The notes under the pieces are model-generated. The model saw nothing but the letters and a program-made list of their open reading frames with translations. It was not told where the DNA came from and ran no database searches. A DNA stretch of 44,981 nt from Gemmatimonadales bacterium (GTDB taxonomy: Bacteria > Gemmatimonadota > Gemmatimonadetes > Gemmatimonadales > GWC2-71-9), in NCBI GenBank assembly GCA_035573835.1, contig DATLZT010000185.1, forward strand, positions 1 through 44,981, in the 5' to 3' direction. Positions 17,054-27,689 of this stretch are shown here, piece after piece; the stretch's first letter is position 1, and every line of letters starts with the position of its first letter. Both the position numbers and the translations under genes were made by a program.

Positions 17054-18214
17054 TTAGGCAATTTGACCGAGCGGGCGATAGAGCCAGCCGGCCCCGGTGT
17101 TGAACACCACGATCCGCTCGTGCGCCCGGATCTCGCCCCGCTCCAGCAAGGCCACCGCGCCCGCCAGCGCCGCGGCCCCCTCGGGTGCCGGGTCGATCCC
17201 CTCGGTGGGCGGCACCTCCCGCGCCATGGCCAGGATGCGGTCGTCGGAGACCGCGACCGCGCCCCCGCCGGTCTCCCGGAGCGCCCGCAGGATCAGCCGG
17301 TCCCCGAGCGGCGCCGGAACCCGGAGTCCGCTCGCCAGGGTCGCCGGGGCCGGCCACGGTTCACAGCGATCCGCCCCCCGTTCCCAGGCGCGCACCACGG
17401 GCGCGCACCCGCTCGCCTGGACGCTGTAGAGCCGAGGGGGCGGGTCGTCCACCCAGCCCGCCGCGCCCAGCTCCCGGAACACCTTCCACATCCCGATGAG
17501 CCCGGTCCCGCCGCCGGTGGGATACACGATGGCGTCCGGCAGCGACCACCGGAGCTGCATCGCAACTTCGAGACCAAGGGTCTTCTTCCCCTCGATGCGG
17601 TACGGCTCGCGCAGGGTCGAAAGGTCCACCGCCCCGGCCGCGCTCGCATAGGCCCGCGCCTCGCGGCCGCAGTCGCCGATGTGTCCGTCCAGGAGGACAA
17701 GCTCGCCTCCGTAGGAGACGATCTGGTCAAGGATCACACTCGGCGTGCCGCTCGGGGCATAGACCCGGACCCGGGCGCCGGCTCGAGCGCCATAGGCCGC
17801 CGCGGCGACTCCGGCGTTGCCGGCGGTGGGAATCACGAACCGCTCCGCGCCGGCGGCCACCGCCCGCGTGATCGCCGCGCTCAAGCCCCGCGACTTGAAC
17901 GAGCCGGTGGGATTGGTTCCCTCGTCCTTGAGCCAGAGCTGGTCGAACCCGTAGCGGGCGCCGAGCCGGGCGAGGTGCAGCAGCGGTGTGTCTCCCTCGC
18001 CCAGGGAGATCGGCCGCTCGTCGGGCGCGAGCGGGAGGAACGGCCGGAAACGCCACATCCCGTGCCCCCGCCGGACTTCGGTGCGGTCGGCCAGGGAGGG
18101 GACCCGCGTCGGGTAGCGGACGAGCCAGGGCCGCTGACAGGCCTGGCAGACGCTCGGGAGCCCCTCCGGGCCGCGGGTGGCGCCGCAGCCGGAGCACTCG
18201 AGGATCCAGTCCAT
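17054..18214 (-). CDS. thrC: Threonine synthase-like PLP-dependent enzyme with N-terminal zinc ribbon
   Basis: It has a CxxC...CxxC N-terminus. The PLP-lysine motif is NPTGSFKSRG (ThrC-type FK[DS]RG), and GGGTGLIG is present. The ATG directly abuts the uvrC stop. The exact reaction is not certain. Confidence 0.75.
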   Translation of the reverse strand: MDWILECSGCGATRGPEGLPSVCQACQRPWLVRYPTRVPSLADRTEVRRGHGMWRFRPFLPLAPDERPISLGEGDTPLLHLARLGARYGFDQLWLKDEGTNPTGSFKSRGLSAAITRAVAAGAERFVIPTAGNAGVAAAAYGARAGARVRVYAPSGTPSVILDQIVSYGGELVLLDGHIGDCGREARAYASAAGAVDLSTLREPYRIEGKKTLGLEVAMQLRWSLPDAIVYPTGGGTGLIGMWKVFRELGAAGWVDDPPPRLYSVQASGCAPVVRAWERGADRCEPWPAPATLASGLRVPAPLGDRLILRALRETGGGAVAVSDDRILAMAREVPPTEGIDPAPEGAAALAGAVALLERGEIRAHERIVVFNTGAGWLYRPLGQIA

Positions 18215-20029
18215 TCAGCTCTCGCGGTTGAGATGCTCGAGGACGCGGTGTGCGAGCGTGCTGGAGAACCCCGGCACGGTGGCCAGCTCGGCGGGCGAGG
18301 CGGACTTCACCCCCGCGAGGCTACCGAAGCGCTCGAGCAGCCGCCGCCGCCGGGCCGGGCCGATGCCGGGGATGTCGAGGAGCTCGGACGTGATCGTCCG
18401 TTGCGTCCGCCGCTGGCGGTTGTACGCCAGGCCGAAGCGATGCGCCTCGTCGCGGGCCCGCTGGAGCAGCCGCAATGACGGGCTCCGGCGCGGGAGCCGC
18501 AGGCTCTCGCTCCGGCCGGGGAGGAAGATCTCTTCCTCCTTCTTGGCGAGGCTGATCATCGGGAGCTGGCCGAAGCCCAGCCGTTCCGCCGCGTCCCTGG
18601 CGGCGGCGAGCTGCCCCTTCCCCCCGTCGATCACGATCAGGTCCGGCAGCGGCTTCCCCTCGTCCCGGCGCCGGGTCAGGAAGCGGGTGATCACCTCGTG
18701 GATCGCGGCGAAGTCGTCCTGCTGCGCGATTCCCTTGATCTTGAACTTGCGGTACTCGCTCTTCTTCGGCCGGCCGGCCTCGAACCAGACGAGCGAGCCC
18801 ACCGTGTCGCGTCCCTGGTTGGTCGAGACGTCGACGCAGATCATGCTGCGGGGCACCACGTTGAGCCCCAGGTCCCGGCCCAGCGCGTAGACCGGGTCCT
18901 CGGCCCGCTCCTCGGTCTCGAACGACTCGATCCGGAGGCTCTCCATCAGGTGGCGGGCGTTCTGCTCGGCCAGCTCGAGCCACCGATGCGCCGCGCCGCG
19001 GTGCGGCATCACCACCTGGGTGCCGTCGAGCAGCTCCCGCAGCGTGTCGAGGTCGGCCGGGGGGAACGGGAGCGCCAGCCGCCGGACCCGCCCCTCCGCC
19101 GGCACGTAGTAGCGAACCAGGAAGGCGCTGAGGATGGCGTCGTCCGGCTCCTCGTCGACGTTCTCGAGGAACCGGTGCTCCCGCGCCACCACCCGGCCGT
19201 CGCGCACGCGGAAGAGGACGCCCACCGCGTCGTCCCCGTCGCGGGCGTAGCCGACCACGTCGGCGTCGCCGCTCCCCACGATTTCCACCGTGGCCGGCTC
19301 CTCCAGTCGCTCCAGCCATCGCAGCGCGTCGCGGAGCTCGGCCGCGCGTTCGAAGTCCTGGCGGGCGCTCGCCTCGAGCATCGCCTCCCGGACCCGGGTG
19401 CGCACGTCCCCGGTACGGCCCTCGAGGAACTCGACGACGTCCTCGGCCATGCGGCGGTAGTCCTCCACCGACTGCCACCCCACGCAGGGCGCCCGGCAGC
19501 GGCCGATGTGGTAGTCGAGACAGGGCCGCTCCCGCTGCTCGCGGGGGAGCTCGTCGTGGCAGCTCCGCATCGTGTACAGCCGGCGGATCACGGCGAGCGT
19601 GCGCCGGAGCTGCGCCACGTCGGTGTAGGGGCCGAAGTACCGGGCTCCGGGGATGTCCTTGCGCCGCGTCACCAGCACCCGCGGGAACGGCTCGCCCATG
19701 GTCACCGCGATCCAGGGATAGGTCTTGTCGTCCTTGAGTCGGACGTTGAACCGCGGGCGGTACTCCTTGATCAGGTTGTTCTCGAGGACGAGCGACTGCG
19801 CCTCGCTCGGCGCCACGATCGTCTCGACGTCGGCGATGAGCCGGACCAGTAGCTGGTTCTTGGGGGAATGGGCGACGTCCGGGGCGAAGTAGCTGCGGAC
19901 CCGGCCGCGCAAGCGCTTGGCCTTGCCGACGTAGAGGATCCCGCCCCGGGCGTCCTTGAACAGATACACGCCGGGGCCGTCGGGGAGCGTGTCGAGCCTA
20001 CGTTGCAGCGCGTCGGAGACCATCACCAT
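18215..20029 (-). CDS. uvrC: Excinuclease ABC subunit C
   Basis: GIY-YIG N-terminus (GVYLFKDARGGILYVGKAKRLRGRV), UVR motif (FERAAELRDAL) and C-terminal (HhH)2. ATG at 20029. The track start at 21178 runs through murJ out of frame. Confidence 0.93.
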   Translation of the reverse strand: MVMVSDALQRRLDTLPDGPGVYLFKDARGGILYVGKAKRLRGRVRSYFAPDVAHSPKNQLLVRLIADVETIVAPSEAQSLVLENNLIKEYRPRFNVRLKDDKTYPWIAVTMGEPFPRVLVTRRKDIPGARYFGPYTDVAQLRRTLAVIRRLYTMRSCHDELPREQRERPCLDYHIGRCRAPCVGWQSVEDYRRMAEDVVEFLEGRTGDVRTRVREAMLEASARQDFERAAELRDALRWLERLEEPATVEIVGSGDADVVGYARDGDDAVGVLFRVRDGRVVAREHRFLENVDEEPDDAILSAFLVRYYVPAEGRVRRLALPFPPADLDTLRELLDGTQVVMPHRGAAHRWLELAEQNARHLMESLRIESFETEERAEDPVYALGRDLGLNVVPRSMICVDVSTNQGRDTVGSLVWFEAGRPKKSEYRKFKIKGIAQQDDFAAIHEVITRFLTRRRDEGKPLPDLIVIDGGKGQLAAARDAAERLGFGQLPMISLAKKEEEIFLPGRSESLRLPRRSPSLRLLQRARDEAHRFGLAYNRQRRTQRTITSELLDIPGIGPARRRRLLERFGSLAGVKSASPAELATVPGFSSTLAHRVLEHLNRES

Positions 20030-20043
20030 CGGTTCGAGTCGGG

Positions 20044-21582
20044 TCACCTCGTCCTGCCCAGCCGGGAGGCCGCGGCCAGGACGCCGCGGGCCTCGGGGAC
20101 GCCGGCCGCGGCGGTCCCGCCGAGGTAGACCAGACCGAACGTCCCCAACACAAATATCGCCCGGACGAGGGGCGGGTGCATCCCGAGGGCGATGTCGACG
20201 GCCCATCCGGAAGCGGCCGCGGCCGCGGCCGCGCCCCAGAGCGTCGAGGTCGTTGCGACGGGGACTCGGCTGCGGCCGATCCGCCGCTCGATCCCCAGGC
20301 GGAGGAGGAGCAACTCGACCCATCCCGCCATGCCGGATGCGAGCGGCAGCGCCGCGACGCCCCACCACGCCGGGAGGCCGAGCCGGGCCGGGAGCCAGAG
20401 CGCGCCGGCGATCCCCATGGCCGAGCCGAGCCCCACCCGCGCCAGCGCGAACCGCATCGGGGTCCGGGTGTCGTGCAGGGCGTAGTAGGTCGAGGCATAG
20501 AGCCGCGCCGCGGTCGTCGCGACCAGGCCCACCGCCGAGGCCGCGAGGATCGCCCAGACCCGGCGGCTGTCGTCGGCGGTGAAGCGGCCGCTCTGGTAGA
20601 GCGCCGCCGCGATCACGTCCCCGTGGGCCACGAATGCCGCCGCCGAGGGCACCACGAAGTACGCGATCTGTCGCAGTCCGCTCCGGAGTCGCTCGCGGAG
20701 CCGGGTCGCCGCTTCGGGCGCGGCGGTGGCGCTGGCCAGCTCCGGCAGCTCGGCGGCCGACACGGCCATCCCGAACAGGCTCACCGGGAGCATCGAGACC
20801 ATCTGACCGAAGTACAGCAGCGCCGCGGATCCCGCCGGCAGCAGCGATGCGACGAGGGTGTCGACGTACGCGCTGATCTGGAGGACGCCCCGGGAGATCA
20901 GCGCCGGCCCGAAGTTGCGCGCCACGGTGCGGAGATGCGGCGAGCCGAGATCGATCGCCGCGCCGATCGGCCGCACCAGCCGACTCACCCCCGGGAGCTG
21001 GATCGCCACCTGGAGGACGCTTCCCGCCACGGCCCCCCAGGCCGCGGTGATCGCCAGTCGAGCTTCCCCCTCGGCCGATCCGCCCAGCAGGACCGCGACG
21101 ATGATCGCGACGTTCCAGACCACCGGCGCCGCGTATGAGAGGAAGAAGCGACGATGGCTGCTCAGCACGCCGAGGCACCAGGCGGCGAGCACCAGGGCGC
21201 CGACCCCGGGAAAGAGGATCCGGACCAGCGTGACGGTGAGCGCCCGCTTCTCGCCCTGGAAGCCCGGCGCGAGCAGGTCCACCAGGACCGGGGCCGCCAG
21301 TATTCCGACGAGCACGAGGAGCGACGTCAGGAGCGCGAGCACCGCCGCGGTGGCGCCGGCCAGCCGGGTCGCCTCGGCCGCCTCGCCCTTCGCCCGGAGC
21401 GCGGCGTAGACCGGGACGAAGGATGCCGAGAGCGCGCCCTCGCCGAACAGGTTCTGGAGCAGATTGGGGATGCGAAACGCGGCAGCGAGCGCGTCGGCCG
21501 CGTCCGAGACGCCGAGATAGTGGGTCAGCGTCCGGTTCCGGACCAGGCCCACGATCCGGCTGAGGAGGATGCCCGCCGCCAC
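20044..21582 (-). CDS. murJ: Lipid II flippase MurJ (MviN)
   Basis: 512 aa and polytopic, with SRIVGLVRNRTLTHYLG...FRIPNLLQNLFGEGALSASFVPV. The GTG start is the most upstream start available, and the N-terminus is slightly short for the family. Confidence 0.88.
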   Translation of the reverse strand: MAAGILLSRIVGLVRNRTLTHYLGVSDAADALAAAFRIPNLLQNLFGEGALSASFVPVYAALRAKGEAAEATRLAGATAAVLALLTSLLVLVGILAAPVLVDLLAPGFQGEKRALTVTLVRILFPGVGALVLAAWCLGVLSSHRRFFLSYAAPVVWNVAIIVAVLLGGSAEGEARLAITAAWGAVAGSVLQVAIQLPGVSRLVRPIGAAIDLGSPHLRTVARNFGPALISRGVLQISAYVDTLVASLLPAGSAALLYFGQMVSMLPVSLFGMAVSAAELPELASATAAPEAATRLRERLRSGLRQIAYFVVPSAAAFVAHGDVIAAALYQSGRFTADDSRRVWAILAASAVGLVATTAARLYASTYYALHDTRTPMRFALARVGLGSAMGIAGALWLPARLGLPAWWGVAALPLASGMAGWVELLLLRLGIERRIGRSRVPVATTSTLWGAAAAAAASGWAVDIALGMHPPLVRAIFVLGTFGLVYLGGTAAAGVPEARGVLAAASRLGRTR

Positions 21583-21620
21583 GAGGACGGCGGGGCGGGA
21601 TCGCGATGAGGTCGGCGAGC

Positions 21621-21929
21621 TCAGGGGGCGGTGGGCGGAAGGGCGGTGCGGTCCCGCGCGCCCGGGGGAACCGCGGGCCGCGCGGCGTGGTCTTCGAGGA
21701 GCCGCTGCAGGAACGCGTTCTCCTCCTGGAGGCCCTGTACGATCCGGTGGAGATCGTCCACCTCGCTCTCGAGGAGGTCGACCTTCTTGGTCAGATCGGC
21801 GAGCGAGGCGGGTACCGTCTCCGGGCCCTCCAGCCGGCGCGCGAGCGCCCGCCCGATCGGCGAATCGACGATGATGCCGAGGATCGGGATCAACAGCGCC
21901 ACCAGCAGGATGATGCCGATCAGGACCAT
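21621..21929 (-). CDS. Small single-pass membrane protein with C-terminal coiled coil (PspB-like architecture; function unknown)
   Basis: 102 aa with ATG start. The TM helix is VLIGIILLVALLIPILGIIV and the heptad-like segment is LADLTKKVDLLESEVDDLHRIVQGLQEENAFLQRLLE. It fills the gap between murJ and bshC. Confidence 0.6.
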   Translation of the reverse strand: MVLIGIILLVALLIPILGIIVDSPIGRALARRLEGPETVPASLADLTKKVDLLESEVDDLHRIVQGLQEENAFLQRLLEDHAARPAVPPGARDRTALPPTAP

Positions 21930-21938
21930 GCGTCGAGT

Positions 21939-23462
21939 CTATGCCGGTTGCACCGGCGCTTCAAGGGCCGCCCGGTACCAGCGGCGGATCTCCTCGACCA
22001 GCGTGCCCACCAGCCCGAAGCCGTAGCGGGCGAGGAAGGGGACGACCGTGAGCACCCGTTCCTGCGGCTTGCCGTCGGGGAGCACGGCCGCCCGCCCGCG
22101 GGCGATCTGCCGGAGGTCGGTCTCCTGACGCCGCTTGAGATGGTGGAGCAGGCGCTTCTCGGCGTCCTGGGTGCCCACCAGCGCGGCGTTGCGCAGCCCG
22201 CGGATCGGCTTCGCCAACGTGGGGTCGATCTCGATCGCGATCCGCTCCAGCCGAGCGTACTGCGCCTCGATCGTCCCGCGGAGGGCCTGGAGCGCCTCCC
22301 CCGCCTCACCGGGAAGCTGGGTCCGCACCACCCGGGCCTCGAGGGCGCCGCCGGGCGCGAGGAGCTCGGCGAGGTCGGCGCCGAACTTCGCCAGCACCCG
22401 GTCGACCCGCGGCTCGACGAGGATCCCCGACCACCGCGGCACCGGGAGCTGACGCACCACGCCGAGGCGTCGGTAGACCGGCGGGGTGAGCTCCAGGTAG
22501 CGGAGCTCCCCGGGCCCGGCGAGGTACGCCACCGTCGGCAGGAGCGCGCTCTCCACCACCGGCCGGAGGAGCACATTGGGCGAAAGACGCTCCGGCGCTT
22601 CGTGGGCGATGGCCTCCAGCGCGCCCGGGTCGAACCGCTCCCCGCTCCGGCGAGTGGCGAAGCCGCCGTCGCTCGCGACCAGGCGGTCCCGGCCGAGCCT
22701 CGCCTCGAGCATCACCAGCGTGGCTCCCTCTCCTACCGTCACCCCCGCACCGCGTCCCCCCGCCTCGAGCTCGACGGCCCTGGTCGCCAGGTCGGCGTCC
22801 AACTCGTGGGCGGCGCCGAGCGCCCGCAGGAGGAGCGGCGCCGCGGCGCGCTTCGCGGCGGGGTGGGTGCTGTCGAAGCAGACCACTCCCGCCGGGGCCA
22901 GGAGCTCGGCCAGCGCGCGCCCGTAGGCGCCGGCCACCGTTTCCTCCGGCCGATAGTGGCGCCGCACCCACTCCAGGGTCGGCTCGCGGAACTCCGACGG
23001 GGGGAGCGAGGCCTCGAGGCGCGCCAACGCCTCCAGCACCTCGGGCCCCAGCGGCTCGCGGTACATCGGGGTGAGCGGGGCCTCCGGCGGCCGGGTCCGC
23101 AGCGTGGCGGTGACGACGGTGCCGTCGCCGTCCAGCCAGGAAGCGTGGTTCGCCTCGGCGAAGTCGTGGTCGTCCCCGGCCACCCAGAAGATCGGGACGA
23201 CCGGCCGCCCCCACCGGGCCTCCAGGAGCTCGGCCAGCACGGCCGCGGAAAGCGCCTTGTGGATGGTGTAGAGCGGTCCGGTGAAGAGGCCGGGCTGCTG
23301 GCCGGTGGTGACGACGAGCGTGTCCGGCCGGGCCAGGCGCTCGAGCTGGGGCTCGATGCCGGGGGCGCGGAGGCAGGCCTCGAGCAGGTTCGCCGGGAAG
23401 CCGCCCGGCCGCGGCGACGGCCAGGCGGGCGGCGCCGGGAGGGGGGTGGTGACGATACGCAT
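21939..23462 (-). CDS. bshC: Bacillithiol biosynthesis cysteine-adding enzyme BshC
   Basis: The internal ATG at 23462 gives 507 aa. The hallmark motif is VVTTGQQPGLFTGPLYTIHKALSA and the C-terminus is coiled-coil. The track start at 24179 runs through the upstream methyltransferase out of frame. Confidence 0.85.
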   Translation of the reverse strand: MRIVTTPLPAPPAWPSPRPGGFPANLLEACLRAPGIEPQLERLARPDTLVVTTGQQPGLFTGPLYTIHKALSAAVLAELLEARWGRPVVPIFWVAGDDHDFAEANHASWLDGDGTVVTATLRTRPPEAPLTPMYREPLGPEVLEALARLEASLPPSEFREPTLEWVRRHYRPEETVAGAYGRALAELLAPAGVVCFDSTHPAAKRAAAPLLLRALGAAHELDADLATRAVELEAGGRGAGVTVGEGATLVMLEARLGRDRLVASDGGFATRRSGERFDPGALEAIAHEAPERLSPNVLLRPVVESALLPTVAYLAGPGELRYLELTPPVYRRLGVVRQLPVPRWSGILVEPRVDRVLAKFGADLAELLAPGGALEARVVRTQLPGEAGEALQALRGTIEAQYARLERIAIEIDPTLAKPIRGLRNAALVGTQDAEKRLLHHLKRRQETDLRQIARGRAAVLPDGKPQERVLTVVPFLARYGFGLVGTLVEEIRRWYRAALEAPVQPA

Positions 23463-23470
23463 GGTCGGGC

Positions 23471-24217
23471 TCAGGCCGGGGTACCGGCGAGGATCACCCG
23501 CGGGGCACCGGGCCCGAGCGGTCCGCCGTCGTAGTCGCCGAACTCGTGGCGGAGCGACACGCCGGCCGCGGCCAGCATGGCCGCGAGGTCGGCCGGCTCG
23601 AACAGGCGGACTCGCTCCGTGAAGCGGCGGCCGTCGGGCAGGGTGAACCGCTTGACGACGTATCGGCCGTCGTCTTCGAGCCGGCGCTCGACCTCGACCG
23701 GCGCGCCGTCCAGGTGGAGCCGGTCGCGCGGGACCAGACGCTCCCGGACCGTGGGTGCGTGCAGGAAGTCGAGCACGAACCAGCCTCCCGGCCGCACCGT
23801 CTCGACCATCTGCCGCAGCGCCTCGTGGTGCTCGGCGTCGCTCGTGAAGTAACCGAAGCTCGTGAAGAGGTTCATCGTGGCGTCCATGCTCGCCGGCCGG
23901 ACCGGCAACCGGCGCATGTCCGCCCGGGCCAGCGGGCACCCGGCGGTCGTCGCCGCCCGCCGGAGTAATGTCAGCGAGAGATCGACCCCGACCACGCGGG
24001 CGCCCGCCGCCGCGAGGGCCCGGGCGTGGCGCCCGGCCCCGCACCCCACGTCGAGGACCCGCCAGCCCGGGCGCCATGGCAGCATCCGGGTGAGCAGCCC
24101 GACGAGCCGTTCGGCGTCGCGGTCGTCCCGGTGGGGATAGAGCCGCAGGTATTCCTCGCCGAACCATTCCTCGAACCATTCCGCCACGGCATCACTTCCC
24201 CTTGTGGTAGGGCTCAC
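23471..24217 (-). CDS. Class I SAM-dependent methyltransferase
   Basis: SAM motif I is VLDVGCGAGRHARALAAAGARVVGVDLS, followed by a post-I acidic residue and the motif II/III region. The start is either GTG at 24217 (overlaps rlmH by 26 nt) or GTG at 24187 (4-nt gap). The stop lies 8 nt before the bshC ATG. Confidence 0.82.
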   Translation of the reverse strand: MSPTTRGSDAVAEWFEEWFGEEYLRLYPHRDDRDAERLVGLLTRMLPWRPGWRVLDVGCGAGRHARALAAAGARVVGVDLSLTLLRRAATTAGCPLARADMRRLPVRPASMDATMNLFTSFGYFTSDAEHHEALRQMVETVRPGGWFVLDFLHAPTVRERLVPRDRLHLDGAPVEVERRLEDDGRYVVKRFTLPDGRRFTERVRLFEPADLAAMLAAAGVSLRHEFGDYDGGPLGPGAPRVILAGTPA

Positions 24218-24656
24218 CCCGGAGGATCGTGAAGGCCCGGTAAAGCTGCTCGCACACCACCACCCTGGCCAGCTCGTGCGGCAGGGTGAGCGGCCCCAGG
24301 CTCCAGGCCAGCTCCGCCCGGGCGAGGAACTCGTCGGCCAGCCCGGTGGACCCGCCGATCGCGAAGGCGAGGGGGCGGGCCTCGAGGGTCCACCGCTCGA
24401 GCCGGCGCGCCAGATCCTCGCTGGAGAGCGCCGTCCCCGCTCGCGCCAGGGCCACCAGGCGGGTCCCGGGAGGCAAATGGGCCGAGAGGCGCTCCGCCTC
24501 CTCGGCCCGCTGCTCGGCGGGCGGCCGGGCGGGCGTGCCCTCGCGGACCTCCCGCTCGGTCACCCGGGCGTACCGCCGCAGGCGCGCCAGGTAGTCGTCA
24601 CACGCGGCGCGGTAGTGCGGCCGCAGCCGCCCGACCGCGAGGAGCGTGATCCGCAC
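24192..24656 (-). CDS. rlmH: 23S rRNA (pseudouridine1915-N3)-methyltransferase RlmH
   Basis: 154 aa, SPOUT family: IGGSTGLADEF...SLGPLTLPHELARVVVCEQLYRAFTILRGEPYHK. Confidence 0.9.
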   Translation of the reverse strand: MRITLLAVGRLRPHYRAACDDYLARLRRYARVTEREVREGTPARPPAEQRAEEAERLSAHLPPGTRLVALARAGTALSSEDLARRLERWTLEARPLAFAIGGSTGLADEFLARAELAWSLGPLTLPHELARVVVCEQLYRAFTILRGEPYHKGK

Positions 24657-24671
24657 CGGGCGTCCCGCGGC

Positions 24672-25985
<1,314 letters not shown>

Positions 25986-26013
25986 ATGGACCTGTGCTGT
26001 GCTCCAGAGACGA

Positions 26014-27033
26014 TCAAGGTTGATCCCGCACCGCGGCCGTGACGGCGTCCAGGGCCGCGGTGAGCTCCACTTCCCCCTCTTCCCACTCCAGGCCGAGCAC
26101 CGCCACCAGCGGCTCGGGAACGCTCGCCGGCCAACGGTCGCGCAGTTTCACGGCGTCCTTCTCGGTGATCACCACGTGGTCCACCCGCCGCGCGGCGTGC
26201 GCCAGCCAGGCCACGTCCTCGTCGCGGTACGGGTGATGGTCCTTCCAGGTGGCCACCTGCACCATCGCGCCCGCCGCCTTCACCTGGTAGACGAAGGCGT
26301 CCGGGTCGGCGATGGCGGCCGCGGCCACCACCCGCTTCCCCGCCAGGAGCTCCGGGGACCGCCGCTCGCCGGACCGGAGTCCTTCGAGCTGGGTGAGCCC
26401 CAGGTGGACCACTCCCACCGGCCCGGCGACCCGCGCCGCCAGCGTCCGCGCCAACCGGAGCGCCGCCTCGGCGGACGCCCGCTTCCGGGTGACGATCACC
26501 CCGTCGGCCCGGGCCAGCGCGTCGAGCCCCTCGCGCCAGGGACCCGCCGGCAGCGGCCAGCGGACCGCCCGCGTCGTCTCGGCGCTGACTACGGCCAGGT
26601 TGAGGTCCCGCCGCACGTCGAGCCGCTGGTAGGCGTCGTCCAGGACCAGCACCCGGGCGCCCTTCGCCAACGCCCGCTCGGCCCCCGCCGCGCGGTCCGG
26701 GTCGGCCACGACCACCGCGCCGGGCACCGCCCGGGCATGGACCAGCGCCTCGTCGCCCCCGCCGTACCCCCGTAGCAGGACGCCCGGCCTGAGTCCCCGC
26801 TCGGCGTAGTATCGGGCTATCCAGATCGCGAGTGGAGTCTTGCCCGAGCCGCCGACCGTGAGATTCCCCACCGCCACCGCCGGCAGCGGGAGATCCCGCG
26901 CCTCGAGCCACCCCCGGGCGTACCCGGTGGCCCGCAGCGCCATCCCCACCCGCCACAGCGCCGACGCCGGAAGCAGCGCCAGACGGGCCAAACGGGCGTC
27001 CACCCGTCGGCTCGTCCAGAGCCAGCGGATCAT
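26014..27033 (-). CDS. lpxK: Tetraacyldisaccharide 4'-kinase
   Basis: The internal ATG at 27033 overlaps the upstream stop (ATGA). The P-loop is [13 protein letters not shown], and ILDDAYQ-like LVLDDAYQ is present. The upper part of track ORF 26014..27894 is out-of-frame read-through. Confidence 0.9.
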   Translation of the reverse strand: MIRWLWTSRRVDARLARLALLPASALWRVGMALRATGYARGWLEARDLPLPAVAVGNLTVGGSGKTPLAIWIARYYAERGLRPGVLLRGYGGGDEALVHARAVPGAVVVADPDRAAGAERALAKGARVLVLDDAYQRLDVRRDLNLAVVSAETTRAVRWPLPAGPWREGLDALARADGVIVTRKRASAEAALRLARTLAARVAGPVGVVHLGLTQLEGLRSGERRSPELLAGKRVVAAAAIADPDAFVYQVKAAGAMVQVATWKDHHPYRDEDVAWLAHAARRVDHVVITEKDAVKLRDRWPASVPEPLVAVLGLEWEEGEVELTAALDAVTAAVRDQP

Positions 27034-27689
27034 CCGATGCGCGTCGCCCCGTCGTCCGAGCATCCGGCGAGCCTCCGTGCCGCCTCCAACGCCTCTCGTG
27101 CCCGGGCCAGCCCCTCCTCGAGTCCCGCCGGCCCCGGGGCGACCTCGAACGGCGGGCCGTAAGCCACCCGAACCCGCGCGAGCGGCTTGGGCAGCATGAA
27201 GCGGTCCCACGAGCCGAGCCGCCACGCCCGGTCGGCCTCGGCGTGGACCGGGACGACGATCCCGCCCCCGCGCTGCGCCGCCGCCACCACGCCCGGCTTG
27301 AGCTCGCGCCGCGGCCCCCGCGGGCCGTCCGGCGTGAACGCCACCGAAATCCCCTCCCGCAGCTCCCGGACCGCACCCAGGAGCGCCCGCGTCGCGCCCC
27401 GCGTGCTCGAGCCGCGGACCAGACGGTAGCCGAGTCGAGCCGCGAGGTCCGCCAGGTACTGGCCGTCGCGGGCCTCGCTCACGACGATGGCGATCCCCTG
27501 CCCCCGGTGCCACCAGAGCAACGGGAGCAGCGCCTCGTGCCAGCACATGAACACCAGCGGTCGGCCCGTGGCACGGGCGGACAGCCATCGGTCGCTCCCG
27601 ATCGCCCGGATGCTCCAGGTCCGCGCCAGCAGCGTGGCGAGCGGGGCGCCGACCCGACGCCCGAGTTCGGGAGAGATCCGGATCCTCAT
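27030..27689 (-). CDS. DUF374 domain protein (LPLAT-superfamily-like; function unknown, commonly linked to Kdo/lipid A genes)
   Basis: 219 aa, ...VFMCWHEALLPLLWW...VSEARDGQYLA...GYRLVRGSSTRGATRAL...FTPDGPRGPR. It overlaps both neighbours by 4 nt (lpxB and lpxK). Confidence 0.75.
   Translation of the reverse strand: MRIRISPELGRRVGAPLATLLARTWSIRAIGSDRWLSARATGRPLVFMCWHEALLPLLWWHRGQGIAIVVSEARDGQYLADLAARLGYRLVRGSSTRGATRALLGAVRELREGISVAFTPDGPRGPRRELKPGVVAAAQRGGGIVVPVHAEADRAWRLGSWDRFMLPKPLARVRVAYGPPFEVAPGPAGLEEGLARAREALEAARRLAGCSDDGATRIG

Noticed and set aside
18215-21178. Giant N-terminal extensions in the ORF track. Examples: uvrC as 987 aa, bamA as 1306 aa (33453..37373), skp as 872 aa (32884..35502), lpxK as 626 aa, bshC as 746 aa, plsY as 600 aa, der as 630 aa.
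   Set aside because: The extensions run through the upstream gene in a different frame and translate to low-complexity sequence. Internal ATG, GTG or TTG starts that abut or overlap the upstream stop give family-typical lengths and N-termini.
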